64,000 nucleotides of DNA from assembly GCA_963677485.1 (NCBI GenBank), contig OY781964.1, positions 1 to 64,000 of the forward strand, written 5' to 3'. The translations under genes were made by a program, and so were the position numbers. Origin of the DNA: Armatimonadota bacterium. GTDB taxonomy: Bacteria > Armatimonadota > HRBIN16. Below, one piece after another: positions 41,493 through 51,585 of this stretch. Below the pieces are notes generated by a model. The model saw nothing but the letters and a program-made list of their open reading frames with translations, was not told the DNA's origin and made no database searches. The stretch's first letter is position 1; every line of letters begins with the position of its first letter.

Positions 41493-42686
41493 ATGAAGCC
41501 ACACTGGTCAGGAGTCATCGCGGTCACCACAATACTAATTTGTTGTTCATCTCTCGTGTGCCAAGCCAAACCCATCCCGGTGTCATCTTTACGCTGGGCG
41601 GAAAATCTGCTTGCAAGAGCATCAAATCCCATCAACAACCAATGGACGATAACGACGTTCGAACTCAGTGATGCTGAAGAGGCATTTCAACAAATATTAT
41701 ACAAATACGGGCGTAGCTCCCGAGCCTATAATGGATTGGCCAGGTGTAGAATGAATCGCAGCCATTACACCCAGGCAATCACTGCCTATCGAAAGTCCCT
41801 GGAGCTATCGCCTGACAAAAACATGATATATGCAGAGTTACAGACCGCGCTGTTAACTCAACAAGTTGCCAAGTTAGCAGTACCGGATCTTCCTAATGGC
41901 CATATGTTAGTGAGCATCAACAGATATCCCCTGCCAAATCAACCAAACATGTGGGTGGTGCTGTCAGCCAGGGTTGTTTTACCTAAAAAAGATGAGTGGG
42001 GTGGATGGACCGAACCATCATACATGGACACATGCATTTCGGTGTTCATGCAGGATGGCTCCCATCTCAAGAAACTGTGTGATTTTCAGAAGATCGGATA
42101 CCAAGAGGACTACATCGATGTGCATCTGCTTCTGCATGACATGAATCATGATGGGACGAAAGAGATCATAGTTCATCTAATAGCATCTGGTGGTGATCAC
42201 ACACCTTCGTATATGAATGTGTTCATATGGAAAAACCAACAACTACACAAAGTGTTTGGCGGCTTTAGCGACAATCCATATCTTATCAAGGATATCAACC
42301 ACGATGGTCGTTATGAGATAATAGATGACCATATGATTGGAGATTACATGTGTGTTGCTGACATGCCACATTGGGCCAATATCTACGCATACAAGAACGG
42401 AACTTTTCAACTGGCGAACGGTGACTACCCATCTGAATTCACTACAATTCAGGAATATATGAAGGAACTCCTTCGCGAATTTCCACGCGACACCGACCTT
42501 CTGGAGTATTTAGGCACCACCTACGAAATCCAAAAATACCCGAGCCTAGCGATACGATCCTACAGGAAAGCCATGCAGGTTTACCGCCATGAGCTTAATG
42601 CGGAGCGTGACCCGGCAGGGCGTGCCAGAATTCAAGCAGACATCAACACAATCCACCAGCGCATACGCAGACTCAAGGCTCAATGA
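41493..42686 (+). CDS. Exported TPR-containing hypothetical protein
   Basis: AAGGAG before ATG 41493, signal peptide, TPR-like AYNGLA...AITAYRKSLELSP, D.N.DG repeats. Confidence 0.75.
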   Translation: MKPHWSGVIAVTTILICCSSLVCQAKPIPVSSLRWAENLLARASNPINNQWTITTFELSDAEEAFQQILYKYGRSSRAYNGLARCRMNRSHYTQAITAYRKSLELSPDKNMIYAELQTALLTQQVAKLAVPDLPNGHMLVSINRYPLPNQPNMWVVLSARVVLPKKDEWGGWTEPSYMDTCISVFMQDGSHLKKLCDFQKIGYQEDYIDVHLLLHDMNHDGTKEIIVHLIASGGDHTPSYMNVFIWKNQQLHKVFGGFSDNPYLIKDINHDGRYEIIDDHMIGDYMCVADMPHWANIYAYKNGTFQLANGDYPSEFTTIQEYMKELLREFPRDTDLLEYLGTTYEIQKYPSLAIRSYRKAMQVYRHELNAERDPAGRARIQADINTIHQRIRRLKAQ

Positions 42687-42860
42687 ATTACTAAGAGTAT
42701 TCCCTTAGCTGGTGGCTGGCATCAGGCAGATGGGTGCCGGACAGAAATGAAATGCAGGGTCAAATCTCGTGGTGTAACGAAATATGGCCCTGCTTGAATG
42801 GTATCTACGCTAGCATCAGCTTACTGATTCGCGTTGCTAAAGGAACTCTGCACTACAGGG

Positions 42861-44520
42861 TTAGTATCTTACCAACCATATTTTGAACACGGTGTATAGA
42901 ATATTCTGATATTACGCACCACACAAAGCGTTAGGCACAACGATCTGGCGAATAGCAAGTGCTGCCATGATGATACGCTTGCCAAGTGCAGTGAGGTAGT
43001 ATTTGTAGCGTTTACCGCATTTTTTAACGAGCCGGAATACTCGGCATCGCTTGATGAAGTATGATATCTGAGAGCTGGACATCTGCGGTAAGGCTTTTTG
43101 AAGCATACGGTTTGTGATCCCGCTGATGCATCCCTCTCCGCGAGCAAGTGCAATGAGACATTCCAAATCCTTCTTGAGGAAAAGGTTGAATCCTCGATAC
43201 GAGCGATGATCACGGGTGGTCGAGGTCGCGATTTTGATGATCTGATGTTCACCATCGCTGTTGTCATCAAGGGCGGAAAGAAAGTCAAGATATCTGTTGT
43301 TTGCAGATAATAACAGTTCCCTCAATGGAGGAAGGCTGTAGATGGTCTTTTGCATAGGGGCGTATTTAATCTCAGTCGTCCCATCATGATGTTCTACCTC
43401 ACGGTAGTGTTTAAATTCAGAGACGTCATTCACAGTCGTCTCGATACGCAAGATTATCCCTTGCTTGTCATACATTTTGATAGAAGCCCATCCCATGTAG
43501 TGTTTGATGCGCGTGCCTTGTATGCGGCGATCGAACTTGTAGTCAGTGCCGATCTCAGCGAGTGTTCGCCCATCAAGTTTCTTACCAAGAAACATCGCGA
43601 TAGACTCTGGCGTTACCGTATGTATCGCTGTTTTGACTAGATTATCGTAGATGGCTTTGAGGTCTTCGGCGCGTTTGAACACGATGTCTGTAGCATATTC
43701 CACCTGCATTAGCGACCAATGATATGAATTGTCAGCAAGCCGTATCACGGGGCAATACATTCTGGCAAATGCATCCAGCGCATGGTGCAGCTTATCAGCA
43801 GGAAAAGCGTCTGCCAGCCTCTGAGCACAGCTAAAGTCGTCGATTTTTACAAAGGCGTTGTCCAGTGGAGTGAAAACTACTCCCTCGGATTGAAGGCAAT
43901 GCGCGAGATAATTGTGTCCATTACAATAGAATTGCAGACGGAAGGGCACCCAGGTCGGAACTCGTAGATAGCACAGTCCAAACTCTGCATCGATGAAATA
44001 GAAGTAGTAATGAAGACACTTGGTCTCCTTGATATTCAGCCGGGTTTTGTGGGTAATCTTGTCGTGCCACGGGGTGTATGCAGGACATTTTTCCAACACT
44101 GAGAATATGTGGACGAGACCGGGGTGACACCCTCGACTACTAATGATCTCTTTGATGCGGTCTTCTTTTCGAAATGAAGAGGCACGGCGTATATACTCAA
44201 TTTCAATGCTGTTGGTAACGGCAAGGCGTTCCGCATTGGCTTTGATCTCATCTCGTAGAGGTTCGGCAAATTCCTTAGGAAAGTCAAATAGCCTGATGTT
44301 GCGTTGATGAAGATAGATGCCCATTCCGTCGCTATGACACCAGCCTGGGATTGTACCGGTGATAACTATGCGGTCGAAGCATGAATATACCCCAGCTATC
44401 TGCTTTGCATAGCGTTCTTGAAGTGATGTCATTCTGGGCAACCTCACGAAAGGGTGTTTGAATGTATATTACGTGGCGAATGCAATCATTCCTTTTTTGG
44501 TTGCGGCTAAGCCGCCTTAG
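42861..44520 (-). mobile_element. IS-like element, copy 2
   Basis: Matches 391-2050 at offset 42470; translations identical in all listed frames. Confidence 0.95.
42912..44432 (-). CDS. Putative transposase of an unclassified family, copy 2
   Basis: Protein identical to 442..1962 (track start 44447). Confidence 0.8.
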   Translation of the reverse strand: MTSLQERYAKQIAGVYSCFDRIVITGTIPGWCHSDGMGIYLHQRNIRLFDFPKEFAEPLRDEIKANAERLAVTNSIEIEYIRRASSFRKEDRIKEIISSRGCHPGLVHIFSVLEKCPAYTPWHDKITHKTRLNIKETKCLHYYFYFIDAEFGLCYLRVPTWVPFRLQFYCNGHNYLAHCLQSEGVVFTPLDNAFVKIDDFSCAQRLADAFPADKLHHALDAFARMYCPVIRLADNSYHWSLMQVEYATDIVFKRAEDLKAIYDNLVKTAIHTVTPESIAMFLGKKLDGRTLAEIGTDYKFDRRIQGTRIKHYMGWASIKMYDKQGIILRIETTVNDVSEFKHYREVEHHDGTTEIKYAPMQKTIYSLPPLRELLLSANNRYLDFLSALDDNSDGEHQIIKIATSTTRDHRSYRGFNLFLKKDLECLIALARGEGCISGITNRMLQKALPQMSSSQISYFIKRCRVFRLVKKCGKRYKYYLTALGKRIIMAALAIRQIVVPNALCGA

Positions 44521-45829
44521 GTTCTTCTTGAGCAATATCCCAAATGTGGTGCCCTTCTTGACCTTAACATCTTGACCAGTCGCGGCCTTGTGCTGTGTGG
44601 TGCTGTATGCATATCCAGCCACCGCACCGATCAGGGTGCCAACCAGCGGCTTCTTCCATCCAAGCTGCCCGGCTATCAGTCCGGCACCAGCACCGATGGC
44701 GATGAACTTCGCAGGGTTACGGTTTGCACTGACTGTGCCCACCAGTCTGCCAGACTTGGAGTCTGTCCTGACGCTCTTCTTATCAAGCAATGTCAACTGT
44801 CCGCTGATAGATTTCGAACTGCCGTATGGCGGCTTGATTCCGATAAATCGAACACTGATCTGGCCAGCGGTGTGTTTCGTCGCTTTGGTCACAGAGGCGA
44901 CTTTGCCAGTAAACTTTGAGCCTTCGGGAATCCCGCCACCACCATTACCTTCGTAATGTGCGTAGAACAGATCGCCCACGTGGTTTTTGGCTGAACTGAT
45001 CTGAGTATCCATCTTAACAGGTATGACCGTGCCTTTTGGTATGGTCGTGCTCGCTGATACGGAGATGGCGAAAGCCATCAACAGTGCGGATTGCAGGTAT
45101 CTCATGTGAACTTGCATAGTATCACTCTTTCTTATTCGATTGTCTGAATACTTAACCAGCATGATGCTGGCCGTGCACTTCGCCCGGCGGTTGTCGGATG
45201 TCATCGTAATATCGAATGCATTGTCCGCATGGATGTCGGTCGTGTGCCCTATATAGCGTGCAGGATTTCCCTGTCATACTGTTCTAAAGTCACCCTCTTC
45301 TGCTACATCAACATGCTAGTGTTGCCTGTATGAAGGGGTCTTAGTTGCCAACATCGGTTCGGTCTCGATTGTCGTTCATCTCTCTTGCAGGATGCCTACG
45401 GTGAGGAATTCCTGCCTTGTAACCTATTATACCCATACCAGAACATATAAATGTTCGTTTTTCTAACAGCATTTCATTTGCATATACTGTCAATTCTACT
45501 AGGTTTGGAGTGGATGCAGTGGCTTGAGCCGTGGATGGTGTGTCTTTGTGTGTCAGTATCGCGGCCGAGGCATCAAGTCAGACCGTGGCTCGATCTTGTA
45601 TAGGTAAAATTACCATGTCACTTACGACGCCGGTCTGTGCCTCGACACAGTTGGTGTTATTAAACGAGCCACCACCGGGCCCGACAGTGTCGCATGCCTG
45701 CTCCGAAGTGGGGCGAAATGCCGGTTGCCAAATCCGCCGAGGCATGAGTGTCTCGGTTATTGATCAACAATCCCTCATCGCGACCTTCGCGTCTTCGAGT
45801 GCGACGTTCCATGGCCTCGGCGCACAGCT

Positions 45830-48800
45830 CTACTCCAGCAGCACGGTGAAGCGCACGCGGCCCTGCTTGTATTGCGCATTGCTGGCATCGGTGCCGACCT
45901 GCGCCTCGAAACGCTCATATTGACCGTCCAGGATGTATTCATTATACGAGGGCGCAGCGGTGCTGATGCCCTTTTTGTAGACAGTATGCAAGATGGTGAT
46001 CGGCTTGTCATCTATGGTGGAGTCATTCTTCTGCCAGCCTGAGGTTTGCACGGCGCGGTAGGCCTTGAGGTCGGTCAGGTAGACCATCTCACCGCGTGCA
46101 TTGATCAGCTTGGCATCAGCCCAGTCGGCACGGTCGTAGGCAGCGCCATCTCCACCATCATCCACCAACAGTGTCAGCTTGTGCGCACCCTTCACGGAGA
46201 CAGACACGCTGACCGGCGGGTCGGTATAACGGCAGACCGGGCTGACGAACACCACACGCTGATAGCTGCCGGTGACCACCGCACCGATCCGCTGGCTGCC
46301 CACGAACCGCGCGGCTTTGAGAACGCTCCATTGGCAGCGCAGCGGTTTGGTGTATATCGCCGATTTCGCATTCGGTGCGGTGCCGTCGAGAGTATATCGG
46401 ACCACGCCTTTCGCTCCACCGGTGGAGATCATCACCTGATCTGAAGGGTGCATCTGGCCCGACTTCGGCGTCACCATCAGCTTACCAGCCGCGTTGGTGA
46501 CCACGCCATACAGCCGCAGACCTTTACCGGCGGGAATGGTGAGTTGGCTGTTTTTCACCGTTCCCAACAGTTCACGCTTCAGATCACCGTCGGGGCGCAG
46601 TTCAAACACTCGGTACGAACCGCCTTTCGACAGCGGAACGCACTTGGCCAGATCGATGCCGGCCTGTTTAAGGCTGTCCAGTACGATGTTCCACTGGCCT
46701 GGTTTGGCCAGGAAAAGCCCAAGTTTGCCATGCACACGCACCGCGCCCACCTGCTGCATCGAACTGGTCTGCGCCCACAGGTAGTTCTTGCCATCCACCC
46801 GCGTGACGGCCTGTTTACCGACCATCAGGCGCGATTGTGTGATGCCCGGTGCCGTTACATAGAACCCATTGGGTGCCAGAAGCACCGACCGTGACCCTGC
46901 CGTATACTTACGCGGTTTAGTGTCGAAGTTCACCACCGTGGTGGCGCCATTGGCAAAAACTGTGCGCTGTATCATGCGGTCTGCACTCAGGAACTCGTGC
47001 TTCTTCAGCTCCTGCCCGAACAGAACGGTGTTCAGACGGCAGGTCTTCCAATAGGTCTCCACAAAGCGCGATCGGTTGCGATCCCAGCCATATCCTATAT
47101 TGCTGGTCCACATCAACGGCATGGTCCCGTAGAGCATATTCGCCAGTTCCTTACGGTCACAAATATCGGGAGCCACATCATAATAGTAGTCGCTGGAGTC
47201 GCCCCAGTACCAGGAGGTTTGCACACAGTCGTGAAATACCAGCTCCCAGAGAGGTATCTGCTTATCGTAAGCCGCAGCATATCTCAGATAGTCCGGTTTG
47301 ATTTCCGCACGCGTCTTCGGCGGCAGAAGATACCCAGCCGGCATTTCCCACCAGAATGCACCGCTAGCCATTCCCTCGCTGTAGTCCAGAACACTAGCAT
47401 TCCAGGCTTTACCGTGCTCACCACCTACAACCAGCCCATGATCGGCCATGTATTTGTAAAGCGCCTTTCGGTATAGCATATCTTGCCTGCGGTCGAAGGT
47501 GTGCTTTGGATGATAGTCTTCGTATAGATCCAGAGCACTGGAAACATCGAGGAAGCGTGCGGTAAAAGGGTGCGTCTTCAACAACGCGGGCAGGAAACTG
47601 TCAGCCACCTTGATGGCTCGATAACTGGAGCGGGTGCTATACGAAGGACCTCCGAGGGTTGGCCAGCCGATTTCAGGCTTATCCTCAGCACTTCGATAGG
47701 CACTTTCAGCGATATTATCGCGGTTGATGCCCATTGGCCCTTCTAGAATGTCAGAGAAGTTATCATACTCACCAGCAAGAAACCCATGCGTTGTCATGCC
47801 CGTTATCTCCTCGGCCGATGGTGATTTAGAGATGGCACCATAGATCAACGCTCGGACAATGCCGGCAGCTTTAAGTTGCTTGATGAACTCAGTATCAGTT
47901 CGCCCGCCCCAGATAAGTGCCGCACCGCGCAGCCAGTCGACCTTCGGCCGCGTAGCACTCTTCTGCGCGAGCGTTTTGAATAACCCGTTGCGCTTCGCGT
48001 AGTTTCGGAAGTTCTTCGCCATGGCCACGTACCCACCGTTCGGCAGGAACTGCCAGCTCATGCTGCGAGCATACGAGAAGCTTCCCATTGAAGGTGCCCA
48101 GCGGGTTTGCGGCCACATACGGCCAGCCGTATCCTCTTTCAAATCGACGAACACATTACAGGGCGTTTCGAACAGCGACATCACGCCCTCACCGGTCACC
48201 GTGTCCATCACGCCCACCCAGGGCATATCGAGGCCGATGTTCTGATAGCAGCCCAAGCTGCGGACGGGATACAGACTGTCCTTCTGGTCGATGATCAGCC
48301 CGTTGCACCTCTGTGTGAGCAGCAAGGCACCGTGCTTCAGATCGCTTTGCAGACGAGGCGGGTAGTTCAGACGGATGAGCTTCTTCATGTTGTCCTTGGC
48401 GGTGATTGTGAACCTGACGGCAGCGTCTTTGCCCAGGCTGACCTTACAGTTGAAGTCCGCCGACTGACTGACCTCCCTCAGCTTCAGCTCCATGCCGCTG
48501 GAGGTGAGCCGTTTGACATTCAGCAGACGCACGAAACCGGCAGAGGCGGTGCTCCATCTACGCCTGGTGCGGAGGTCGGTGATGGTGTAGGTGTGTTTGC
48601 GGGTGTCAAGCTGCAGCGTGAGGGCTCCGTTGGTCAGCTTCACGGTTCTATTGACGCCCGCAAGCGGCGTGCCCTCGATGGTCTCACTCCCAGGGGCCTC
48701 CAGCTCGATGCTCTGGATGTCGAACTTGCCCTTGCCCTTGCCGGTGTCCAAACGCAGTTGGGTCACGGTGCCTTCCACATCCAGCGGAACGGTGTAGTCG

Positions 48801-49210
48801 TGCCACTGACCGTCGTGGGTGAGGTCGTAGTAAATGACCGCCGCTTCCGCAAAGTTCGAGGACAGCATAGAGGGCAACCGAACTGTCCAGTAGATTCGCC
48901 CTTGCCCGGAGCATGTGGAGCGCGCCCGGATTCTGACCAGAAGCGGCGCATCGGCGGATATCTTCGGACTGTAGATCCACGGGTCCTGACCCGTGTTGGT
49001 GACCTGAAGCATGTCATCCGCCGCCTGCACGGTGGTGTCGTGCCCCGCAATCCAACCCTCTGTGCCCTTCTCAAAGCTCCAGCTTTTGATAACTTTACCC
49101 GTGGCATGAACAGGCGTATCAGTCCCCGCCAGCAGCAGCATAATCAGCACACCGCACAGTAGTCGCATCAATTTCAAGGGTATAGTCCTCTTCTGCTTTT
49201 GGTCATTCAT
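45830..49210 (-). CDS. Secreted multidomain glycoside hydrolase (GH101/GH129-like) with YTLDG module and NPCBM/NEW2-like domain
   Basis: Signal peptide; FLDV, GGEHG...YSEG, IPLWELVFHD; RYTLDGTAP; DGGDG..YDRADW. Confidence 0.7.
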   Translation of the reverse strand: MNDQKQKRTIPLKLMRLLCGVLIMLLLAGTDTPVHATGKVIKSWSFEKGTEGWIAGHDTTVQAADDMLQVTNTGQDPWIYSPKISADAPLLVRIRARSTCSGQGRIYWTVRLPSMLSSNFAEAAVIYYDLTHDGQWHDYTVPLDVEGTVTQLRLDTGKGKGKFDIQSIELEAPGSETIEGTPLAGVNRTVKLTNGALTLQLDTRKHTYTITDLRTRRRWSTASAGFVRLLNVKRLTSSGMELKLREVSQSADFNCKVSLGKDAAVRFTITAKDNMKKLIRLNYPPRLQSDLKHGALLLTQRCNGLIIDQKDSLYPVRSLGCYQNIGLDMPWVGVMDTVTGEGVMSLFETPCNVFVDLKEDTAGRMWPQTRWAPSMGSFSYARSMSWQFLPNGGYVAMAKNFRNYAKRNGLFKTLAQKSATRPKVDWLRGAALIWGGRTDTEFIKQLKAAGIVRALIYGAISKSPSAEEITGMTTHGFLAGEYDNFSDILEGPMGINRDNIAESAYRSAEDKPEIGWPTLGGPSYSTRSSYRAIKVADSFLPALLKTHPFTARFLDVSSALDLYEDYHPKHTFDRRQDMLYRKALYKYMADHGLVVGGEHGKAWNASVLDYSEGMASGAFWWEMPAGYLLPPKTRAEIKPDYLRYAAAYDKQIPLWELVFHDCVQTSWYWGDSSDYYYDVAPDICDRKELANMLYGTMPLMWTSNIGYGWDRNRSRFVETYWKTCRLNTVLFGQELKKHEFLSADRMIQRTVFANGATTVVNFDTKPRKYTAGSRSVLLAPNGFYVTAPGITQSRLMVGKQAVTRVDGKNYLWAQTSSMQQVGAVRVHGKLGLFLAKPGQWNIVLDSLKQAGIDLAKCVPLSKGGSYRVFELRPDGDLKRELLGTVKNSQLTIPAGKGLRLYGVVTNAAGKLMVTPKSGQMHPSDQVMISTGGAKGVVRYTLDGTAPNAKSAIYTKPLRCQWSVLKAARFVGSQRIGAVVTGSYQRVVFVSPVCRYTDPPVSVSVSVKGAHKLTLLVDDGGDGAAYDRADWADAKLINARGEMVYLTDLKAYRAVQTSGWQKNDSTIDDKPITILHTVYKKGISTAAPSYNEYILDGQYERFEAQVGTDASNAQYKQGRVRFTVLLE

Positions 49211-49235
49211 TTTGACGGATTGGACGGATTGTTTT

Positions 49236-49388
49236 TTACCACAGAGGGCGCGAAGGTGGGAGGAGAAAAGGAGACAGAAGAGCAGGAGAAAAGGAGCGTA
49301 AGAGCAGGGATTGTCTGAACCACCTAGCGGTTCAGGCGCTCCTCCTATCTCCTCTCCTCCTTTCTCCTCCTCACACCTCTGCGGTTCA
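49236..49388. repeat. Three-layer nested palindrome
   Basis: accacagagg/cctctgcggt outer, aggagaaaaggag/ctcctttctcct middle, ctgaacc/ggttcag inner. Confidence 0.7.
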
Positions 49389-50465
49389 GATCAGCTCATC
49401 AGCTTCCTCTGTGTCCTCTGCGGGCTTACTGCCAACTGAGCCGAACACAGCACGGATGCCCTCCAGCTTCATGTAACCCTCGCCCTGGGTGGGTGCCACA
49501 ATGCCGCCCTCACCATACTCATTCCAGGCATAAATGACAAACGCCTTCTGTCGGTGCTCAATGGATCCTGGAATGCCAAGCCGATGAGAGTTGTCCAGCT
49601 CACGCTTCACGATTCTCATAGCAGACACCCACTCCTCTCGGGTGGGAGCATCGAATGAAGGCCTCGGGTCTTTCCACGGCCGCGGATCCCAGCCAGAGGG
49701 CACATATGGCATATAGAGTTTGTCGGCATGAATAGCTTGATATTCCCAGCCACCGACAGCATGGTTGATCAGCTCGCTGTAGGGATGCGGTGTTTCCGTC
49801 ACCGGAAGCATGGGCATATCCATGTAGGTTGTAGCGAAATCGAATGCCTCGATGTGCTCCTCAAGGGGCTTTTCGTATGGCATGATGCCGGTGGACACCA
49901 GCGGGTTCGGCAACCCACTCTCCTGCACGATACGGCGCAGCGTTTTTACCTGCTTCGCGACCCGTGCAGGATCGTTGCCGTTCTGCTGCAGAAACTGATG
50001 TGCACCGTGGATTTTGAATACCGGCCGGCCATCCACCTTTAGATAGCTTGGGTGCTGCATCCACTGAGCCCACAACCTGCAGGTGGATTCCCATGCCTCG
50101 TCGGTTTCGATGGTGAACGGCGCGTGGTTGACATACTCCACGCAGAACTGCATCAGATGGCTGTTTTTGGAGGCCATGAAGCAACTCACACCGTCGTTCA
50201 AATGTTCTGCGTGCGCTTCCTTACCGGCATCCTTCAGCGGCGGATACCAGAGAATCTGGAAAAAGCTGACACCATAACTGGCAGCAGCCACGATTTCCTT
50301 GTCCATGGTCTGCTGTTCCACATACAGACCCAGCGAAGGCACACGGCCAGGGTAGTCAGCGGTCCAGTTGAGCCCGGCCGTGTGGTATTTGTTCGGCTGC
50401 TCCGGCCACCATCCGGCGAAGTAGTAAATGCCAACCAGGTATTCGCGTTTCGTTTGATCACTCAT
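49386..50465 (-). CDS. GH99-like / WbsX-type glycoside hydrolase
   Basis: GIYYFAGW, YLKVDGRPV, GWDPRPW, IYAWNEYGEGG; RBS GGAGG before ATG 50465. Confidence 0.75.
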   Translation of the reverse strand: MSDQTKREYLVGIYYFAGWWPEQPNKYHTAGLNWTADYPGRVPSLGLYVEQQTMDKEIVAAASYGVSFFQILWYPPLKDAGKEAHAEHLNDGVSCFMASKNSHLMQFCVEYVNHAPFTIETDEAWESTCRLWAQWMQHPSYLKVDGRPVFKIHGAHQFLQQNGNDPARVAKQVKTLRRIVQESGLPNPLVSTGIMPYEKPLEEHIEAFDFATTYMDMPMLPVTETPHPYSELINHAVGGWEYQAIHADKLYMPYVPSGWDPRPWKDPRPSFDAPTREEWVSAMRIVKRELDNSHRLGIPGSIEHRQKAFVIYAWNEYGEGGIVAPTQGEGYMKLEGIRAVFGSVGSKPAEDTEEADELI

Positions 50466-50589
50466 GAGTTTTGCCTCCCTGAATACTAGATGTAACGTAT
50501 GATGGCTCTGACGGATCGGTCGGATGGGCCAACATTTATGTGACACGTCCCTCTTCGCGACCTTCGCGTCTTCGCGTGAGATGATCCCC

Positions 50590-51390
50590 CTACAGCACGA
50601 ACATGAAGAACCGCAGCACCTCAAACCAGTCGGTGGTGTGGAACATCACCTTCCGTGTGCCTTCGAGTCGGGCACCCGGGTAGTAGGAACGGCTATAAGC
50701 CACTTCATGGTTGCGGAACATCACCTCCACATCGAAGGTATCTGGCAGCTCCAGCAGGCATTTGCTGACGTCGGCTGAGAGCGCTTGCTTCACGCCGTCC
50801 GCAATTTGGCGGATGCTCAGCCTGGGATGCTGGGCGATCGAGGCGGCTCCCACGCCTTCACTGACCGCCACGGTGGTGATGTGCGGGATGAGCCGTTTAG
50901 CTTCCGTGCAAATCTGTTTATCTCCGCTGAGGAACACCAGTGGAACGCCGAACATCGCGGCGGTATGGGCACCGATCATCGTCTCGCTGCAATCATAACC
51001 GTTCAATTTCACATGCACATTTTGTGAATTCATCGTGTGCGACATCGGGTTGCCGCTCCAGCCAGCCGCCGCATGATAGCCAATCAGCATCGCCGCATGA
51101 AAGCTGCTGTCCAGACCCGCCATCATGGAATACGGGTCACGCGTCCAGCCACGCATGAGCTGCGCCTGCTCCGGCAACTCGGCGGCATCGATGTTCCTGG
51201 CAGTGCCGTGTGCGTCCTTCACGAACAACGCGTCGGCTCCGGCTGCCAGTGCCGCAGTGCAGGCACTTTTGACCTCCTGGGTCATTTGGTCGGCGAATTT
51301 CGGGTAGTGCTGGTTGTCTTTCTCCGTTTCGGCCCACGCGACGATGCCGGTGGTGCCCTCGATGTCGGCGCTGATGTATACTTTGTTCAT
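50590..51390 (-). CDS. dppA: M55-family D-aminopeptidase
   Basis: YISADIEG, DAH, GYH, SHT, LSGD motifs. Confidence 0.9.
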   Translation of the reverse strand: MNKVYISADIEGTTGIVAWAETEKDNQHYPKFADQMTQEVKSACTAALAAGADALFVKDAHGTARNIDAAELPEQAQLMRGWTRDPYSMMAGLDSSFHAAMLIGYHAAAGWSGNPMSHTMNSQNVHVKLNGYDCSETMIGAHTAAMFGVPLVFLSGDKQICTEAKRLIPHITTVAVSEGVGAASIAQHPRLSIRQIADGVKQALSADVSKCLLELPDTFDVEVMFRNHEVAYSRSYYPGARLEGTRKVMFHTTDWFEVLRFFMFVL

Positions 51391-51414
51391 TTGTCTCCTT
51401 AATTTTTACCAAGG

Positions 51415-51582
51415 AGGGAGAGGAGGCAGGAGTTAGGAGTCAGGAGAAAGGAGTTTGGACAATAGAGCGATGAACCGGGATTTTGTCCCGTGTCCTGCTT
51501 CCCTCTCTGAATCCTTCCTCCTTGCCTCCTGACTCCTCCTCTCCTGTCTTCTGTCTCCTCCGCTCCTGACTCCTCTCCCTGC
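51415..51582. repeat. Inverted aggag-heptamer arrays
   Basis: aggagttaggagtcaggag against ctcctgactcct arrays. Confidence 0.75.
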
Positions 51583-51585
51583 CCA

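Larger units (their letters stand above)
42853..45117 (-). pseudogene. Exported TrbI/VirB10-like beta-domain protein with glycine zipper; last codons displaced by element copy 2
   Basis: IPKGTVIPVKMDTQISS...IPEGS; empty site reads ...LLKKNLTL* (stop 42853-42855); with the element it reads through to 44332. Confidence 0.7.

Noticed and set aside
391-44520. 42-kb composite transposon bounded by the two copies
   Set aside because: Each copy independently restores its own target gene, so these are two separate insertions
45441-45458. GAACA-TATAAA-TGTTC palindrome as LexA box
   Set aside because: GAAC-N8-GTTC spacing does not fit the GAAC-N4-GTTC box; single occurrence
48107-49162. 351-aa plus-strand ORF (also 37598..38545 minus)
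   Set aside because: Antisense shadows of GC-rich real genes
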